64,000 nt of DNA from Penicillus capitatus (lineage: Eukaryota > Plantae > Chlorophyta). Positions 34,401-48,128 of the stretch are shown here, piece by piece. The position numbers and the translations under genes were made by a program. Position 1 is the first letter of the stretch. The number at the start of each line of letters is the position of its first letter. The stretch is taken from the NCBI GenBank assembly GCA_965649825.1, contig OZ287711.1:107201-171200 (forward strand). The letters are read 5' to 3'. The notes under the pieces are model-generated. The model did not search any database and was not told where the DNA came from. It saw nothing but the letters and a program-made list of their open reading frames with translations.

Positions 34401-37400
34401 CTGAATGCGCAGGCGTTGCTGGGTAGAGCCGATGGCGACGGGCACGTCCACAGCGTAATGCTTTTCAACCGTAGGGCAGAAATGCGCCACGATCTTGACA
34501 CTCGAGTGCGCAGCGACGCTGCCACGTCTCGGATCGAAACGCACGACGGGAGGGTCCCCTGCACCGACGCACACCACCTCGCCGTCAGCGTGCATCTCGA
34601 GAGAGCGTACGTCGCTGAAAGAGCGCCGCCTTGTCGGCAGATTCCGAAATCCGAAATCTGAGAGGCGTATCCTCTCGGTTGTGGATGCGGATCTCTTGTT
34701 CCGCGGCGTTTCCGAGTAGCGTTTGACCGAAGTGCAGAATGGCAGGGTCCAAAGCACCAACGACGTCCGGCACTTGGCGTACCAGAAGAACGGACGTCTC
34801 GCATTCGGGATGCTGCGAGATGGACAGACGCCACAACGCGTGTTCCACGTGTTCGCCTGACGCACGGCAGATCACTTTCACCTCTTTCTCTTCGCCTGCG
34901 GGCACCGTGATCTGCGACGTCAAGCATCGAAAACAGCTTTGACCCTATGGCAGACATATCCGTCGACCTTGTCGTGGCACAGTCGAACGCCTTGCCCCTG
35001 TCGTTGGGCGAAACTGGACGTCGAACGACGAGGACGTGCGATTGGCGATAGCGAAGCTCTTTGTTTTTGCGTCTCTGCCTCCGCGGCCGACAAATCGCAG
35101 CACTCTGCGATAGGCGGATCCTTCTTCCAGTGGTAGATGAATTCGACACACGGGTGCCTTTCCGGCGCCTTCTAACCGTAGGACAATCGGTTCTGCTCTT
35201 CCCTGAGCGACACATCCGTGCAGCACCCCGCAAAGAACGCCTTCGCTTTGCGGACAGAATTCCACATCGACCTATCTCGCTGCGTTTGGATCCGGATAAA
35301 GATGGCGGCGGCGTTCGACCTGAACATCGGCCGACGGTTGGAGATATCCAGAGGATGCCGAGATGATGTGAAAGGTCTTCTGTTGCACCGAGGTGTCGTC
35401 CATCGTCCACTTGTAATCGAATCCGACGCATCCTTCGTTGCGAAGACGGAAACGCGATACAGTGCGTTCGAAGAGCGCCGTCACGTCAAAGGAAATACCC
35501 TCGACGGAGCAGCGTGCCTGAACCCGTCCACATCTTCCCTTCGCCTAAACGACAAAGACGTAACGGCAGGCTCGATGATGTGACAGCACGGTGAGGGTCT
35601 TCTCTGTCGGCGTGGCGTTTTCGCAACTAGGATCGGCGTCTTGCGTCAGGAGCCGGAGACGTTGATCCTCGAACGCGATGGCCTCGTCTGTGCGGAACGT
35701 GACGACGGCCTGACGGTGGCTTCGCGGTTGGAGCACACCGTCCATCGGCAGAATCGTCCACTGATGTGACGGCACCGTCCACGCAAACCTAAAGCCAGCC
35801 AACCTCTAGCATCGCTTGACTCTCCTATGGGACGCACTTCGTCCGTCTGTCCGTTCGGTTGTGTATGGTGAGCAGCGTAGAGGTCTCGCTGTCGACGTAA
35901 ACGTCGCCGAGGTCCAGCACGTCGCCGCCATCGCGAATCAACTCGCCTTCGAAGCTCAACGCCTCGATGAACCCTTCTCCTCTGAGCTCGACCTTGAAAA
36001 TCTCAAAGGGATTCTCCTTAACCTGTAAACGGCCTTTCAGGCATCGGACTTCAAAATTCGGCGTAGACCTGAATCGTGAGGATCTGCTGAACGACACCGA
36101 CATCGACTGGATCGAAAGAGAGCGGAATGGACTGTGTCTGACCAGCCTCGATGACAAACGCGTCGTTCGAGCAACTGAAGGGACTCGGGCTGGTTTGCGA
36201 GCACAGCAGCGTGGCGCATTGCTGGCCGGTATTCTCAAACTCCACGTGCCGCCGCCGGTGTTGCCCCGGAACAACGCGACCGAAGTCGAGACTCCGGGTT
36301 CCGTCCTCGGCCACAACGACGCCCTTCACGAAGACGACGCTCTGCCGAGACGCATCTGGACGTACAGAGGCATACCTGCAAGACTCCTGACGGAAGGGTC
36401 CCTTCGCCTTCGAAGAAGCAGCAGAAGACGGGCTCGGCATTTCCGTCGATATAAGCGCAGAAGCGTTGGCGGATCTTGTCCACCGATCGAGGGACAAACG
36501 TCACAGCCGTTGATCTCCACCCGTAGCCCGGAATTCGAACTTGGCGCTGCTCAACGTCGAGCGCCGACGTGGCGCCGTCTTCGAGAGCGAACGTAAGCGA
36601 CACAGGCAGCGGACCCGGATTCGTAAACTTCAGCCGAGCCGTTCTCGACTCCTATAACGGACACCACCTGTCTGTCGTCTGCTTTGGCGAAAGGGAACGG
36701 CGTACGCGCTCTCGGCCGCCGTCCTGTCCGTAGTTCAGTTTTCCGAATGAAAAGACGTTCAGTGCCGGGCAGTAGACGTTGTGCATGGTCGATGTCAGTT
36801 GCTGGACGATAGGGTAGTCGTCGAAGACGGCAGTCGGTTGAGCGAGATCGACCATCGGCACGCTGGATTCGCCTCGGAGCTTCAGCTCTGCGGTCGCCTG
36901 TCCCTTTCGGGCGTTGGACACGTGGACGAAGAGAGATCGCGTGAAACGTTCAATGCCTCGTGGGATGAACGAGACGCACAGGCGTTCGGTTGTGTGCGAT
37001 GGCACGGTGCCGTGCTGCCGGTCGACGGCGAAAGGCTCCAGGGAGAAGGGCCCGCTCGTATCGTCTGCGAGATTCTCGTCTGATGTGACAGGTGCGGATT
37101 CCGTCGAGAGGTGGTAGCGAAGGGGCAAGGCGCCGTCGTTTGTTATGGAGATGCTCTGCGCGTCGGGTTCAGATTCGGCGTGGCACGCAGCGAAGTCTAC
37201 GGCACCGTTGGCAGGAGAGAGGGAATAGGCAGAAAAGACGGCCTGGATGGAAACGGCGGCGTATAGAGGCGACCCGACAGCGCCCGTCTCCGTATCTGTC
37301 AGGGCGATCTCAAACGCCTTCTTTGACGTCAGCCGCAGCGCGTCGGTATCGTTCGCCAGATAACGCACCTGACACACACGAGATCAGGGCGTCAGAAGAC

Positions 37401-40400
37401 GTCGATCGCTGAGCCGCCGACCTCAAGAGACGTCTGGTCGCCTGGATGCACCGTTCCGCTTTCTGGCCCGATGCCGAATCGATTCTGTGCCCGTCCGAGG
37501 CCCCGTATATCAAAATCGAATGGATATGACCCGCTGTTGGTCAGCTGGATCGTCTTGACCGTCGCGACGGTGGCTTCGACGAGACCGAAGTCGACAGAAG
37601 AGAGGGCTGCGTCTGGCAATGTCAACTCGGCCTCAATGGCATAGCACTCGCCCTTGACCCCAACCGGCACTTCCAGTGACCGTCCCTAAGTGCACCGACG
37701 TTAACAGGCGGCTGCGTTAGGGGATCGCGATACCTTAAGGCAGAAGGATTGATCCAGCGTCCACGTTGCGTCACAAGTGGCGTCGAGGCGGACGCGTTGG
37801 CGTTGTTGCGGTTGGAGGTATCCACGGGGCGGCGAGATCGATACGTAGGAAGGCAGTGCGCTTTGCACCGTCCATTCCGTTGGCAGCAGCCCTTCGTTGA
37901 CGATCGAAAATTCCGCCGACGGTTGGGAACCCAATAACGACCGACCGAAGTCGATACCCTCCGCCCCCTTCGATGCAGGACTATCCCCTCGAGTCAACGA
38001 ACGACGTGCGTGGTCTTACGTCGACGTCGAAAATGCGTCTGAGTTTTTCTGCGGCGCCTATACAGGAGAGGGGAAGACGCGTGACGGTTGGGTTGTCCTC
38101 GACGGCGCATGTCAACCATCCCTCCACGCGACCATCTTCGACGGGGTGGGCCTGAATCGACACCGCCTGCCACTCCCCGACGCCGAGCTCGCCATCCGAG
38201 AGGCTCAACGCAAAGACATCGGCGTCTTGTTCTTCGCCGAATGCATCACGAGGTGTTTCGACGCTGAGATGTGCCGCCGCCGGAAAGGCGCCGCCATTGA
38301 CGAGGTGCAGATAGGCAACAGCCGCTCCGTCGTCCAGCGCGACCGGACCAAATTCGAGGCGCTCGAGCTCCTTCTGCCCTTCGGCCTCGCGAATATGTAC
38401 TCTCGGGACGTCGCAGACGCCTTCGAGTTTAAGCACGAGTGGCACTGGCAGGACGATGCATCGACCCGGTGTCCACACACCGAACGGCAGCTCCGTTGTG
38501 AATTCGCCAAGTCGACTCGGTTCGAAACGCACCGTGCAGACGCGGGATGCATGACACGGAAAAATCCAGCGGAAAGCGTCAAGCTCGGACGTCTCTTCCG
38601 TCTTGTCGTCAACCGTTGTCGTCATGCGAAACGGATAGAGGCTGCGAGGGGTCGCTTCGTGAGCAGGGGGTTTGTGGAGGACATGTGAGAGGTAGGGATC
38701 GGGAACGATTTCGAGGTCTCTGGGCACCAGAGGCAATGACGCTTTGATGACGCCGCGTTCGAAACGCCGACCGCAGATCGCTAGGTGCGTTCTTTCGGCG
38801 GCGGCGGCGGCTTCGTTCGCGACTTCACGAATCGCGATGAGATCCGCTGAACTCGGCGACGCTTGGAGCGCCAGCTCGGCTAACCGTCGACTCTCTTCCA
38901 GTCGGTAAAGCTCGTCGCTATCGTCGTCGGCTCGTGGCGCCACGCATCCGATGCAATGAATGTCGATATCTGCGACGGACCCTTTGCGACGCAGCAGTGT
39001 GTGCATGACGGCGGCGATGGCGTCCTGTAGCAAACACCGCCTGCCCGTTGCTGTGTCCTTTGCCACGTCAGCGCCTTACCTCGATATCAAGGACGCCGCA
39101 ATGGAAGCCGTTCATGACCCATCCCCATCGCATACGTTCGTCGTCCATCGTCTCCTGTAGGACGGCTGAGACAATGGACACCTTGATGTCTGTTTCGGCA
39201 GGCGTTTGCGTCAGGCGCTCGTCTAAGAGGAGAGCCACGAGATCCGCAAGGGTAGTGCCCTTCTCGACGCCGCCGCCGCCGCTGTCGAAAAATGCATATG
39301 CTTCTGGATGCAGCGCGTCGAGTGCGATCTCTCTGTCGCCGTGGCGCCATTCTTCGAGACAAGCGTCGAGCGAGACGCATGGCACATCGTATCTTTCCGC
39401 CAGGAGTTGCGCCTGAGTGTCTGTTTCGTCTGCGTCGCCATACACCACGAGGTAGAGTGGACGTCGCATCAGCGATGTGCAAGGATCCAATGCGCCGCCA
39501 TCTAAGCTCGTATCCTCGTTCGACGGTAGCGCCGGTGCGGGCGCCGGGAATTCGAGGGCCGTCCTGTACGCACGCATATCGGTGTCGTCGTCCAGCGGAG
39601 GGACGAAAAGAAATCCGTTCTCGTCGCAGCGACTAAGCAATGGACATAAAGTGTGATGAGCATACGGCCAGGTGGAGGTCACACTTTTGGAGCTGCTCGA
39701 GAATGGCGGCCTCGTCTTCGGACGTCACATCAAAGTCCGGCGCCGAGAGAACCGCGGGAAACGGACTATCGTTGGATAAGGTCACGGATACTGTTTGCGT
39801 TTCCTGTACCGTTTCCGCAAAGAGCACCGGGTCGAATGTGATGTGACTCGGCTCGACTCGGATATCCGGAAAGCAGACGGTCGCTTCGAGACGAAGAGAG
39901 GATGCAACGGAGGCGTTTTCGACGTTGAGCTGAAGATCCTCTTCGAAACGCCGCCCCGATGGGAGCCTCGCAGCCGCCGACGGGACGAAATGCACCTGCG
40001 CGGAACGGGCTTGCGAAAAGGCGATGGCGTTATCCATACTTCTATCGTCTGCCGAGCAGAGGGCTTAAGAATGCCGCTCTTAGGCGAGGCGTAGAAAACG
40101 GAGGACGTTTGGGTCGACGATAGACTCCATCGACCGTCGACCTTTTTCGCATTGGAGATCTGAACGTGCATCGTCTTTGCCATGCCAAGTCGGACGCTCT
40201 CAAAATCGAGCACGTTTGCCGACAGCTGCAGTCGAGGCTCGACCACTTCCGCACGGAAAGGAATAACAACGGACGGCGATTTGTGAACGTCGAGCAGCAG
40301 TACGTCTTCGTAGATCCTGTCGCCATCTGCCAAGGCGTTCGTGTCCAGTGTAACGCAACAAGACACGGCGGCTGCTGTCAGTAAGCCTTTGAGATGTGGC

Positions 40401-43400
40401 GGCGCAAACGAGATCCCTGCCGGTAAGGTCTTCCCCGTCGTAAACCGCACCTATGGCTACCGTTGTCGCCGACCGCGTCCTATTTGCGTGCGTTACCGGC
40501 AGTGGACCCGCGTTGGTCAGGGTGAAGGACTGCGAGGCGATGTCGCCTTTGGTCAGGATGCCGTAGTCCAGCAGACCACTCTCGGTGCGCAGCGCTCGAC
40601 ACCGTCTGACGTGTCGCTTGGCGAAAGCGACGGGATCTGTAACCGTCGTCGAAGAGAGAGCGTCGTCCGTCGTCTGCCGGATCTGATCGGCGATGTCTTC
40701 TCGGTAGGTATCGAGTGCACACATCGAGGTGTCGGCGTCGGATTGCGCCGTGGACGGCAGCGAGGTCGTCAGAACGGAACAGAGGCATTCTGCATGGAGC
40801 GTCACCTCAACGCCGCCGCCGTTTTCGATTTTGATCTCGAGCGTCTCGTAGAGGTGACCGGGAACAGCAATGTTCATCCATAGCTGTACCGTCGTCTCGG
40901 CGTGAGGTGACAGGTGGCCTGTAGTTGGTGCACAGTGCACGAGGGATGCAAACTGGAGACGATCCAGAACGACGTCGAAACGAAAAGGGACGGCGCCCGT
41001 GTTGCGAACGGTCAGTTTCTGCTGTGCCGTGGTGCCATACCTGCACGGACCGAAATCGATTTCTCTCGGCGTCACATCAAAACGCGTTTCGCCAGACTGC
41101 GCGACAAGAGGAACCTGACAGACGCGACGTAAAACGCAAGTGGACAGAAAACGCGACGCCTTGCCTGATAATCTGGACCGCCTTTGACGTGACAGGTGGC
41201 GCGGCACTGTAGAGAGACATCTGGCATAGCGACGTAGGTCAGCACGACACGTTCCTTCTGCCCTGGCACGAGTCGCCCTTTGATGGGCAGGATATCCAAC
41301 ACAGGCGGGCCCTCCTCCGGAATACCCTCTGCAACACGGATGACGGCTCGCTCCTAATACGAGCCTCATACCAGGTGACGTACCTGCGCCTTTGGCGAGA
41401 GACCAGTGGTAATGCGCGTCCAGATCTGAGACGTTCTCGATCACCAGTTCACGTTCGTGTATCCGACTGTGCTGAACGCAGCCGAAGTCGATCTGCAGAG
41501 AGACCAAGGTACGGTTAGTGTCATAGAACGTTGGGTATGAGTGATGTGACGTTGGCAGGATGAAAAGCGAGATTGGGTCGTCGGATCTCGCCGATGAGCT
41601 TCACCGTCTCGACGCGGTCGATCTGCTCGTAACGTATTTCGAGTTTGGCCGCGTGTTGCGTCGAATGCAGCGTGTCGATGACGGCCGGGTCGAAGTTCAA
41701 GCACAGCAATACGTCTTCATCCGGCTGCAGGCGACAACGCTCAATGGAGCAGCGAAACGGCGAGGGACAGGCAGTAACAAAAGCCACTGGCAGTCGTGCG
41801 CGATTCCTGACGCATAGCGGCGTTGCAAAGCGAGAGGGAGGTGGATGGCGGCGCACTGTATGCGCAGGTGTTGCTCCGTGGGGGACTGGCGGCTGTGTGT
41901 GTCCTCGGCGGCGTAGGTCCATTCGAAGCGCAGTTCTTTCGCCGAGAACTGGAGAAGCGGCTTCACCACTTTGGCGGCGATCTCGGTCGCCACGAGCCGC
42001 GTCGGTTTTTTGCCTTTCTTTTGCGCGATCTCGTCCAGACAATGTCTCTCCACAAACTCGCCGCAGACATGCGTTGCCGTTTGCATAGACACAGCGACGC
42101 TGCCTTTCGCCGGGATCTCGATCTCGGCCGGCTCGAAACGAAACACCTAAACGAAGAACGTCCACTGGACTGGCAATCGACACGAAAGGAAGAAGACTTG
42201 TTCAACGACGTCGTTTTCTGCCGTCGACGCTCTGTCCGTTTTCTTCGTTCGGTGCTCTCTGGACAGACAGTGCCATTTGAGGGAGGTCGCTTTTTGTCCC
42301 CTGTTGTGTAGGAGAAAGCGTTGCTCCGTGTTTGTCATCGAAAGGAGATAGCCAAGGTCGATGGCGTCAGGGATGTCGGATTGCACGCAGCTGCCTTCAC
42401 CGCGAGCCGTCAGCGACACACTCCGAGGCTCTCCATTCGTGACCCGCATTTCGAGCGCATTCCTGAACAACGCAGCCTCGTCCAGATGCACACGGACGCT
42501 GAGATCTGCGCATTCGCCTGGACGCAATGGCAGTTCTCGCGGAGAGACCTAAACAAGACGATGGTCGGCCAGAGTGCTCTCGACTGGCGGCGGCGGCGTA
42601 CTTCGAAGCAGGAAGATTCGGTTGCGAAGGCAAAGGAGATGTGCGTCGCAATGGGCGAGGCGTTCGTCAACTGAAGCGGCACTTCGACGACGTCGAGGAC
42701 ATGGACGACACCGAAAGCGATACACGCATCGACGGGGTGGTATCGTCGGTCACTTGACGCCAGATGCAGCGTCGGTCCAACGCAGTCGTAATGCACCTCG
42801 AGGGGCTGGTCGAGCAGACCAGACGTCGTCAGCTCCAGATGCAGACGCCTGGGGCCAAGCACCGTCGGCGTCACGTCGACATCGACGTCGCATTCGCCCT
42901 GCCGCGCCGCCACTTGTCACATCCGTCACATCAACAGAGCGCACCTCTGGCGGCAGCAACGGCGATGCGTGCAATGGTCGAATGTTTGCAAAGTCGAGGG
43001 ATGGCGGCTCGAGTGTGTACGAGGCTTGGAGGCCGTCGGATGTGTTGATGAGACGTGCGCGCAGGCGACAGGGGTGACCAATGAAACATTTGCCGAGATC
43101 GATGACAGGCGTTTGCCATTTCAGTCGTGGACGATCGGCGTCGCCCTTTAGTGTCACTGTCGTCAAGATCTGATCCAACCCAATCATCCTGAAGGCCATG
43201 GTCTCGTCCAGGGTCGTGGTCGTCGCATCCATCGGTGTCCACGTCACATCAATGCACGTACGATCGCCAGAATGCAGTCGACCGCGAGAGGGACGAAGAA
43301 GCAGATCGGCTCTGTCGTGCTGCAAAGCAAAGTCAAAAGACACGGCGCTCGTATTGGTCAAGTCCATCGTCTGGACGCAGGGGAATCCGATAGGCACCGT

Positions 43401-44938
43401 CGCGAAATGCAGATGATGTGGCAACAGCTGAAAGCCGGGAGCACATGCCACGCCTCTCACTTCGAACGTCCGTCGCGTCGCGCTTCCGTGCAGCTTCCAT
43501 TCGACCGTATGCGAGAACGCACCAAGAATTGTCGGTGTCAGGGCCATGCGTAACGTCTGGTCACTGCGGGGTGAAATCTTGCCGCCGTGTGGGTGGCATT
43601 TCCAGTTGCTGACGTCAGACGGTGGACGGATGTCGTAATGCGCTTCGACGGCGCCGCCGTTGTTAAGGTTGGCCTCGAAGAGACACGGTTGGTGAACGAG
43701 GACGTTTCCGACGTCGATGCAGCGACGGTTAAAGGTCACTTCGGGGGCACGTCCTTCGGCGCTCAGCTCAACGACGAGGTCGTCGATGCAGCCCTCGACA
43801 TCGAGACGACACTCCGCTTTGTAACGGCGCTCGTACAGCGGACGAAACTCCACGACGCATCGCTGGTGGGTATATGGCGGAATGACCCCTTCTAACGGAA
43901 ACACGTCGAAAAATCCGCCGCCACCTGAAGCAACACCGAACGCCATGATCACCCGACTGTCGCTGACAGGCGTTCTCTACTCAGGCATCCACGAAAACGC
44001 ACGCAGACGGCAGATGGGTTAGCGATGGAGAAGGCATCGGTGGAGGCGTGCGTTATGTAGGCGGGCGCCATCTCGAGTGTTTTTTGCGGCAGGAAGACAC
44101 CGAGGTCTTGCCCGACGCCGCGCAGCTCGACGACGTCCTCGGCACCCGTTGCGTACGCAACCGTCATCGTGCCGGTGCTCTGCCCGCCGCTTTGCGGCGC
44201 AAAGGTAATGGCGCATTGGACCGAGGCATCGACGTCCAGCGTTCCTTGCGCCGGACGAACGGCGAAATCGCCGGCGGCGCTGAGGCGAAACGACCCACCC
44301 TTGCGGCCGACGTTCGTCAAGACGTAGCTCCGCGTCACCGTCGCCTTGACGGGCGCTTGACCGCAGTCAATAACCTCCGGAATATCGAGCTGCAGATGCG
44401 CGCCCGTCGCATAGAGCGGAAGCACAAATCGTTCGCGTTCGGTCGCGACGATCAGATCGCACGCGAAGTCTTCGTCGGTGTCCGGACAAAACGTCACCTC
44501 GTACTCCACCGACATCCCCAAGGCGACGCTACGCTGCGGCTGCAGACAACGTATCGAGACGTATGGACTCTCCGGCGGCTCCATTCGAACACAACGTGAG
44601 ACCTGCGATCGCGTTCGCCATGATCGTCAAAGCCGCGCCGCCATGCGTCGTTACTTTATCGAGATTCCGCAGCTGAACGATCGCGGATCGACGCGCGCGC
44701 GGTCGATCGTTTCGAAACACGAGAATCGGCGGGTTCGCTTCGAACAGCGGCTGATCGATCGGCACGTCGCTCCAGAGCTTCCCTTCGGTCATGCACAGCA
44801 GCTCGATGATCTTCGGCCGATGGCGTACGTGTCGACGTCGCCACCATCCCTAAAACCACACACGCATTCCCATCCCACCGTCCACCGATGCACGACGACC
44901 TGCTCCATGGCAACACGGTCTTCGCGCGTTTGCATCAT
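31493..44938 (-). CDS. HYDIN: Hydin, axonemal central-pair apparatus protein (many short introns; the exact exon map was not resolved)
   Basis: N-terminal PKIIELL..DQPLFE, ATERERFVLPLYATG, repeated ASH/Ig-like domains (DFG...LxNxG), an adenylate-kinase-like segment, RWIFP and C-terminal WVYYL*. Confidence 0.9.
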
Positions 44939-45022
44939 GATGGGAATGCGTCACATCAAACGGCAACAGATACATGACGCAGCAACAGCACATTTGCCCG
45001 ACTGACTGTCTCGCTGTGCGGC
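44939..45022. promoter_or_regulatory. putative bidirectional promoter between HYDIN and the LarB-like gene
   Basis: 84 nt separate the divergent ATGs; the interval contains GTCACATCA at 44950-44958. Confidence 0.5.
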
Positions 45023-46212
45023 ATGCATACACGTTCGTCTTTCCTCTCGTCTCGTCTTCTTCCCGTCAAAGGCCACACCCACCGTGTGCGTTTCGCTGGA
45101 CGTACGGCCCGTCTGGCACCGAAAGCTCGTAAGGCACTCTGCCGTCGACACCGTCGTTGAGGCCGGCCCTCTAGGAGCGCAGACGCTGTTCGACATCTTC
45201 TCTGCCGTTAGCGAAGGTCGACTCTCCCCTGTCGACGCCGTTCAGACCGTAGATGAGGAGCTATGCTATGTACCCCTTCTGCCTCGTACGTCGCTCGACT
45301 GACGCTCATCCCATTCCAGGCGCCTTCTCCGAGACGGAGTGCATTTCCGCAGATTGTCAATGGACACGGCAAGCGACCCGAGTGGATTGCTAGCCGCATT
45401 CGGGAGCTCCTTGAGGAACAGGGCAGGGCATTGGTGACGGAAATGGACCCTTCCGATTACGCTACGATTCGCAAGACCGTGCCGGGTGTCGTGTATCACG
45501 CCGGAGCCAAGACCTTGCGCATCGATGGGGAAGAAGAAGCTAGAGAGAAGCTACCGGGAACCGTCGGCATCATCTCCGACATCTCCATCCCGGCGGCGGC
45601 AATGGAGCAGCTGCATATCATGGCCGAGTTCCTGGGCTGCTACACCTTCCAGATCCCCTCACTATCGGTCACGTGTCTATCCGACATCGTCGAGCGCATG
45701 AAGAGTCCGTCCGGCATCGAGTTTCGCACTGGGACGCGTGGGTCTGACGCTTTTGCACGGTTTTAGGTGTTGCCCAGGCGAGTGTCGTTCTGGTGTTGTA
45801 TGATGAGGAGACAGCATTGCCAGATATCGTCTCCGGATCTGTCGATGCGCCTGTGGTATGGACGAGAGGCATCGCTGGGTGATGTGACAGCTTGTGCGTT
45901 CTGTAGATTTCGGTGCGTCTGGGCGATCATCTGCATCAGAAGGAACTGCCGTGTCATACGCTCTCGACGGGGACGCTGCTCTCGGCTGTCCTCTCGGTGG
46001 CCAAGATTCTGAAAACGGCCGATCGATTGAGCGTCTCGAAGACGCCGCCGTCGGCCGATCGCTTCGAAGACGGCGTGCGAAATGATGTGACGTTTGACAA
46101 GCCGATCCAGGACACATCCGAGCTCTTTGATAACGAAGTGGGCGTCCATCGCGTCAACAACGTCGTCAGCAAAGATCTGCGCGAAGCTGCGTCCGAGCTG
46201 TCTGCCGAATGA
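45023..46212 (+). CDS. plastid-targeted LarB/CpmA-like (PurE superfamily) protein with degenerate motifs
   Basis: Transit peptide, then FSAVSEGRLSPVDA, RSAFPQIVNGHGKRPEWI, YHAGAKTL, PGTVGII and ASVVLVLYDEETALPDIVSGSVDAPVISV, all collinear with the LarB/CpmA consensus. Four GT-AG introns. Confidence 0.75.
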
Positions 46213-46476
46213 AGACAGCCAAACCGCAAAACACAACGCACCCACTGTCACACAGTTTTGGATGGGTACCGATCCTTGTTTTGAGTTTTTGGAATGGACA
46301 GGTGTATCCGTCGATGGACTCGTTATTCATTTGTATCTTAAGAAGGAGGTCTATCGGATTGGACCGCGTGTCTGCGTTTGGACGCTATCGTTAAAATGGG
46401 ACTGGCAGTTCAGATCCTCGATTTTACAGAATGTGAGGGGATGGGTCTGGCCACAAACAGCGTCTCTGTGTAAAAT

Positions 46477-46841
46477 CTAGCTGTTGGGCGCATTCTGTGT
46501 GGCAAGGACGTAGAAACAGTAGCCGATCATGGGCACCGACAGCGCCAGCATCGTCCCAGGAATCAAACGACTCGTGATGTGGTCATAGCTACCGCGCCGC
46601 CACAGCACAGACACGATCATCGATGCCCATCGCACTGCGTCGCCTTACCGTCCGACGAGATGAATCGCCCCGCCGTTCTTCTTGAGGTTCGCCTGCATCT
46701 CGGCCTGAATCTTCTGCAGGTCAACGCGCAGCCGCCATGTGAGACGCGGGCGACGGCAGACAGGCGGGTGGGTGCTACTTGAATGCGCTCAATGGGCTCG
46801 CGCGAGAGTGTCTTCTTGGAGAAGCTCTTTCCCGTGTCCAT
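46477..46841 (-). CDS. cytochrome c oxidase subunit VIIa-like small membrane protein (plant type)
   Basis: Three exons give [79 protein letters not shown]. This resembles the plant COX7a motif YLKGxxDKITSVAIP plus one TM helix. The gene is absent from the ORF track. Confidence 0.72.
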
Positions 46842-46884
46842 CTTCACAAGGCGAAGGCTGACGGTAATGGTTCGATAATGAGAC

Positions 46885-48102
46885 ATGCCGCGGGCGTTGC
46901 TGCAGATGAAGGGCACGACAGGGCGACGTCTCAGCGGCGTCGTCCCACGCCGTCCGCAACGCCCTTCGCGTTCCGTCCGACCCAAAGGACGACGCCGCGT
47001 CATTCGAGCCTCGCTGATGGAGGTCTGTCTGTCCTTCACCCGCCGCCGAGAGACGACGCTGTGGCGCATGTACAGGCGGTGTCGGAGTTGTCCGACCTGC
47101 AACGCGTGACGGTGCTCTCCGAAGCGCTGCCCTATCTCCAGCGCTTTGCACAGAAGACGATCGTGGTGAAGTACGGCGGCGCGGCAATGAAGGACGCTTC
47201 TCTGAAAGTGTGACATACATCCCTTGATGAAAGGACGTGCGTGGTCTTGACGGGCTGTCACAGGAAGGCGTGATTAAGGACCTCGTCCTGCTGTCGTGTG
47301 TCGGCGTGCGTCCTGTCTTGGTCCATGGCGGCGGGCCCGAGATCAACACCTGGCTGTCGAAGCTCAACATCGAGCCCGTCTTCCACAACGGCATTCGCGT
47401 CACCGACCGTCAGACGCCGCGTGTCTAAAAGCATGTGGTCGACGGGGGTGATGCGACAGGCGAGACGATGGAAGTGGTGGAGATGGTGCTCGGTGGACGG
47501 GTCAACAAATCGCTGGTGTCGTTGATCGAGCAGTCTGGCGGAAAGGCCGTCGGCCTCTGCGGAAAGGACGGGAATCTGATCATCGCCCGGCCGATGCTTG
47601 GAGGCAAGCTCGGATTCACCGGAGAAGTCATCGGCATCGACACGCAGCTTCTGAACACCGTCATCGAGGGGAGCTACATTCCGGTCGTCGCCACCATCGC
47701 AACGAGCAAAACGGGCGACGCGCTGAACGTCAACGCCGACACCGCGGCAGGCGAGGTCCGGAATCTCCTATCGCGGATGCGAGACCATCCGGGTGTGTGT
47801 CCCGTGGGCAGATCGCGGCGGCGCTGCAGGCGGAGAAGCTCGTGTTGATGACGGACGTCCCTGGGGTGCTGCGCGATCGCGACGACGCCGATTCGCTGAT
47901 TCGGATCCTCGACATCCAGAAGACGCGTGCGGAGATTCATCACGGGATCATTGCCGGCGGAATGATTCCCAAAGTCGAGTGCTGTATCCGTTGCCTGGCG
48001 CAGGGCGTCCGTGCCACGCATATCATCGACGGGCGCCAGCCGCATTCGCTTCTGATGGAGTTGCTCACGGACCAGGGCGTCGGAACGATGATTACAGGAT
48101 GA
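46885..48102 (+). CDS. argB: acetylglutamate kinase (NAGK), chloroplastic
   Basis: [50 protein letters not shown] and GGMIPKV, preceded by a transit peptide. Confidence 0.97.
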
Positions 48103-48128
48103 TGTGACTGACGGACGTCTTTGTCCGC

